This document shows, piece after piece, positions 61,612 through 64,000 of a stretch of 64,000 nt of DNA. The translations under genes were made by a program, and so were the position numbers. Each line of letters starts with the position of its first letter. Positions within the stretch are counted from its first letter, which is position 1. The stretch is from the NCBI GenBank assembly GCA_964553145.1, contig CAZKJZ010000001.1, forward strand, positions 4,578-68,577, read 5' to 3'. The notes below the pieces were generated by a model. The model saw nothing but the letters and a program-made list of their open reading frames with translations, was not told the origin of the DNA and did no database searches. The DNA is from an uncultured Frigidibacter sp. (GTDB lineage: Bacteria; Pseudomonadota; Alphaproteobacteria; Rhodobacterales; Rhodobacteraceae).

Positions 61612-62306
61612 TCCGGGATCAGGGTTGAAGAGGTGAGCCGCAGAACCTTGTCCACATGGGACATGGTCTCGGCATAAGGGGGGATACCGCCATATTTGAC
61701 GACGGCCTCGGGCCCTGCATTGTAGGCGGCAAGCGCCAGATCGGCGGACCCGAAGGTAGAGAGTTGCGCGAGAAGGTAGCGGGCCGAACCGCGCAGGTTC
61801 TGTTCGATGTCATGAGCGTCGACGCCCAATGCAGCAGCTGTGTCGGGCATCAGCTGACCGAGGCCGATGGCACCTACTGGAGAAAGGGCCGCCGGGTTGA
61901 AGCCCGATTCCACCGCGATATTGGCGCGGAAGAGGGCCAGCCATTCCGTCCCCGAGAGCCCTGCGGCTTTCAGCCCGGGATCGCGGAGAAAGTCCTCACC
62001 GACATTGAGCACGAGATCTTCGACCTCGGCGCTGCCCTTCGGCCCATGCGCCTTGGACTCTGGTCCATAGGACGCGCGCCAGATCTGCGCGTCGGGCTCC
62101 TGGCTTGGCCCACTGTCCGGGTCGCCCAGCCCAGGGGCCTTTCGCTCGGGGATATCCTTGCCGAAATCGAGAACCCCGGACTGAACGCGGAGATCGCTCG
62201 CCCCGGCCTCGAGGTCGATGACCTGCGCGACAAGCGGCTCAGGCCCCCAACTTGACGCCAAACCCACCAGGATCAGGCTGGTTCTGAGAAGTCCCCTCCG
62301 TGCCAT
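61608..62306 (-). CDS. virB1: Lytic transglycosylase VirB1
   Basis: [38 protein letters not shown]. Confidence 0.9.
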   Translation of the reverse strand: MARRGLLRTSLILVGLASSWGPEPLVAQVIDLEAGASDLRVQSGVLDFGKDIPERKAPGLGDPDSGPSQEPDAQIWRASYGPESKAHGPKGSAEVEDLVLNVGEDFLRDPGLKAAGLSGTEWLALFRANIAVESGFNPAALSPVGAIGLGQLMPDTAAALGVDAHDIEQNLRGSARYLLAQLSTFGSADLALAAYNAGPEAVVKYGGIPPYAETMSHVDKVLRLTSSTLIPE

Positions 62307-62598
62307 TGGTCCAATACACCGACGTGCCCTGCTTCAGAGGAACGGTGACCGCAATGAGACCCAATTCGACGGCGAAGGAGATCAGACCGGCGATGGTCTT
62401 GAACTCCCGCGGTTCGAGGGCGCGTTGATTCACGAGCAGGGCCTTCTGGTCCCCGACCACCAGAGCGATGGTCCAGTTACCCGTCCAGGCGCTGCCGATC
62501 TTCTTCGCGTCATCCGTGCAATGGGCTTCGACGATACCGCCTTCGGCCAGGGCTTCCTTCAATTCTGCCTGCAAGATCACAGGGGTAAAGTTCCTCAT
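62239..62598 (-). CDS. Small leader protein of the virB operon, possible KorA/ParC-like regulator
   Basis: First gene of the operon. The W...L.......REFKT..G......LG pattern recalls plasmid KorA-like repressors (weak). Confidence 0.55.
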   Translation of the reverse strand: MRNFTPVILQAELKEALAEGGIVEAHCTDDAKKIGSAWTGNWTIALVVGDQKALLVNQRALEPREFKTIAGLISFAVELGLIAVTVPLKQGTSVYWTNGTEGTSQNQPDPGGFGVKLGA

Positions 62599-62710
62599 GG
62601 CTCAGCACGCTCCGAAACACATTGCTCGGTGCCATCATAGTGCATGTCGCGCGGCTGAGAAACCTTTCGCCGTGCAACCTGAGGGCAGGACTATCGAAAG
62701 ATCACTATTG

Positions 62711-62746
62711 CGTCAATAGATATCTAATGAAATCTAAGAACATCTA
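62711..62746. promoter_or_regulatory. Divergent promoter region with palindrome and phased repeats
   Basis: Minus-strand TTGACG (62711-16), palindrome TAGATATCTA (62717-26), ATCTA at 62722, 62732 and 62742. Confidence 0.55.
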
Positions 62747-62766
62747 TCAAATTTGCCCGAGTCACC

Positions 62767-63057
62767 ATGTCGAACCAGCCACAAACCCCTGCATTTGGCC
62801 TTCTTGGCGCTGCTCTTGCCCTAGTCTGCGGTCTTGCCGCTAAGGCCGAATGCCTGGCTCCAATGCCGCCAGAGCGGGTCATGGACCCCGCGACCCGCGC
62901 CGAATACCGCACTGAAATCGCTGCAGAATACTCGACATACTTCGATGAGGTGCAAGCCTACTTGCGCTGCATCGACGAGACTCGCGCCACCACAATCGCC
63001 GAGGTCAATCAGGTCCTCGCCGACTACCAGTCACTCGGCATCGGCAGGAAAGACTGA
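62767..63057 (+). CDS. Small secreted hypothetical protein
   Basis: Signal peptide, CLAP.PP, Y......YL.C helical body. Confidence 0.7.
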   Translation: MSNQPQTPAFGLLGAALALVCGLAAKAECLAPMPPERVMDPATRAEYRTEIAAEYSTYFDEVQAYLRCIDETRATTIAEVNQVLADYQSLGIGRKD

Positions 63058-63107
63058 ACCCCCTCCCCTTCCCGGCATCCCCTGACATTCCCCCGAAAGG
63101 AGCTTTA

Positions 63108-63746
63108 ATGAACCGACCCTTCATCATGGCTGCGCTTGCAACGACCGCAAGCCTAAGCTGCGTAGCACCTGCGGCCGCCTATCCGGTCGACTGTGCGATC
63201 CTTCTCTGCCTCGCAGGCGGCTGGCCTGCTTCCATCGAATGCGCACAGGCCCGTGCGGTCTTCATCGAACGCACCACGCCCTGGCCGATCGAGCCGCCGC
63301 TGCAGATCTGGAACTGCCCGATGCACGCCGTGGCGCGTCGCCTCAGGCCAGTCGAACAGCTGTTCGACATCGCTTTCCGGCATGACCGGGCACCTTCGTT
63401 CTCGGCACCCCCTGCCCTGCCGCTCGCCCCGCTTCCCGTCACCGATCAGGCCGACGTCGACATCTCCGACCCGGCCTATGACTTCGTTCGGTCGATCCAT
63501 GTCTACCAGATCAGCTATTCCCAGAACCGCAATCACGATGGCGACTGCAACCGGACGGACTACCTGCTGCTCGGCACCTACGGTCCGCAAGGCGAGTACA
63601 GCTGGACCCGTGCCCCGGTCGGTTCGATGCCGGATGCCTCAAGTTTCGCGCCGCCGGGCGGCTGCAGCTCTTACTTTTTCCGCAGCGTCTTCGTGGACTG
63701 GAAGGACTTCGCGGGCACCTACGGCTTCGAAGAGGTTCGGTACTGA
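63108..63746 (+). CDS. Secreted Cys-rich protein, TrbM/KikA-like N-terminus
   Basis: AAGGAG RBS, signal peptide, DCAILLCLAGGWP...EC ... WNCP. Confidence 0.65.
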   Translation: MNRPFIMAALATTASLSCVAPAAAYPVDCAILLCLAGGWPASIECAQARAVFIERTTPWPIEPPLQIWNCPMHAVARRLRPVEQLFDIAFRHDRAPSFSAPPALPLAPLPVTDQADVDISDPAYDFVRSIHVYQISYSQNRNHDGDCNRTDYLLLGTYGPQGEYSWTRAPVGSMPDASSFAPPGGCSSYFFRSVFVDWKDFAGTYGFEEVRY

Positions 63747-63751
63747 GGCGG

Positions 63752-64000
63752 GGTAATCCCCCCATCTTTAGTGGGGTGCATCCGTAGAACTTACGCGGCC
63801 ATCTTCAGTTTCTGGGCGGGGGTGATGCCGCCGATGCCCATGTTCGGGCGGTCGTTGTTGTAAGTCCAGAGCCATTGCGTGGCGAAGTCCCGGGCCTCCT
63901 CGATGGTTTCGATGATGTATTGGTCGAGCCATTCATGCCGCACCGTGCGGTTGTAGCGCTCGATATAGGCGTTCTGCTGGGGCTGGCCGGGTTGGATGTG
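63752..64000 (-). mobile_element. IS3 family element, 3' end (partial)
   Basis: Minus strand reads IQPGQPQQNAYIERYNRTVRHEWL...YNNDRPN.GIGGITP, with stop at 63791-3. End repeat near 63752. Confidence 0.9.

Noticed and set aside
1-64000. CRISPR array, rRNA, tRNA, or a recognisable defence or toxin-antitoxin system
   Set aside because: No regularly spaced repeat-spacer series, RNA gene signature or diagnostic protein motif was seen.

Overview
GC-rich alphaproteobacterial (Rhodobacteraceae-like) accessory region, probably a plasmid or island. It is a mosaic of catabolic modules separated by nested IS elements. From left to right: (1) an IS110/ISL3/IS21-end nest that truncates a beta-keto acid cleavage enzyme (BKACE) gene; (2) a ~15 kb cluster probably controlled by a MocR regulator, joining a polar amino-acid ABC transporter, two class V PLP enzymes, a dipeptidase, RidA, PhzF and a DapA-like lyase to a variant phosphorylase-isomerase-deaminase-aldolase (DHAP-shunt-like) module; (3) an IS5 element whose right inverted repeat is interrupted by an IS110/IS1111-type element; (4) a LysR/SnoaL/oxidoreductase/TMEM175/FAD-monooxygenase block; (5) a galactoside uptake and De Ley-Doudoroff cluster; (6) a degenerate IS3 carrying two palindromic mini-insertions; (7) an AraC-Liv-cupin-dehydrogenase-BKACE operon; (8) a virB1-virB11 type IV secretion operon with a VirB5-like/lytic transglycosylase hybrid and no virD4 or relaxase in the window; (9) the end of another IS3. 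The best leads are the putative amino-acyl/peptidyl-nucleoside catabolic cluster, two IS110 non-coding RNAs whose guide segments match their own junction sequences, and the VirB5-SLT hybrid. All calls come from reading motifs by eye; no searches were run.
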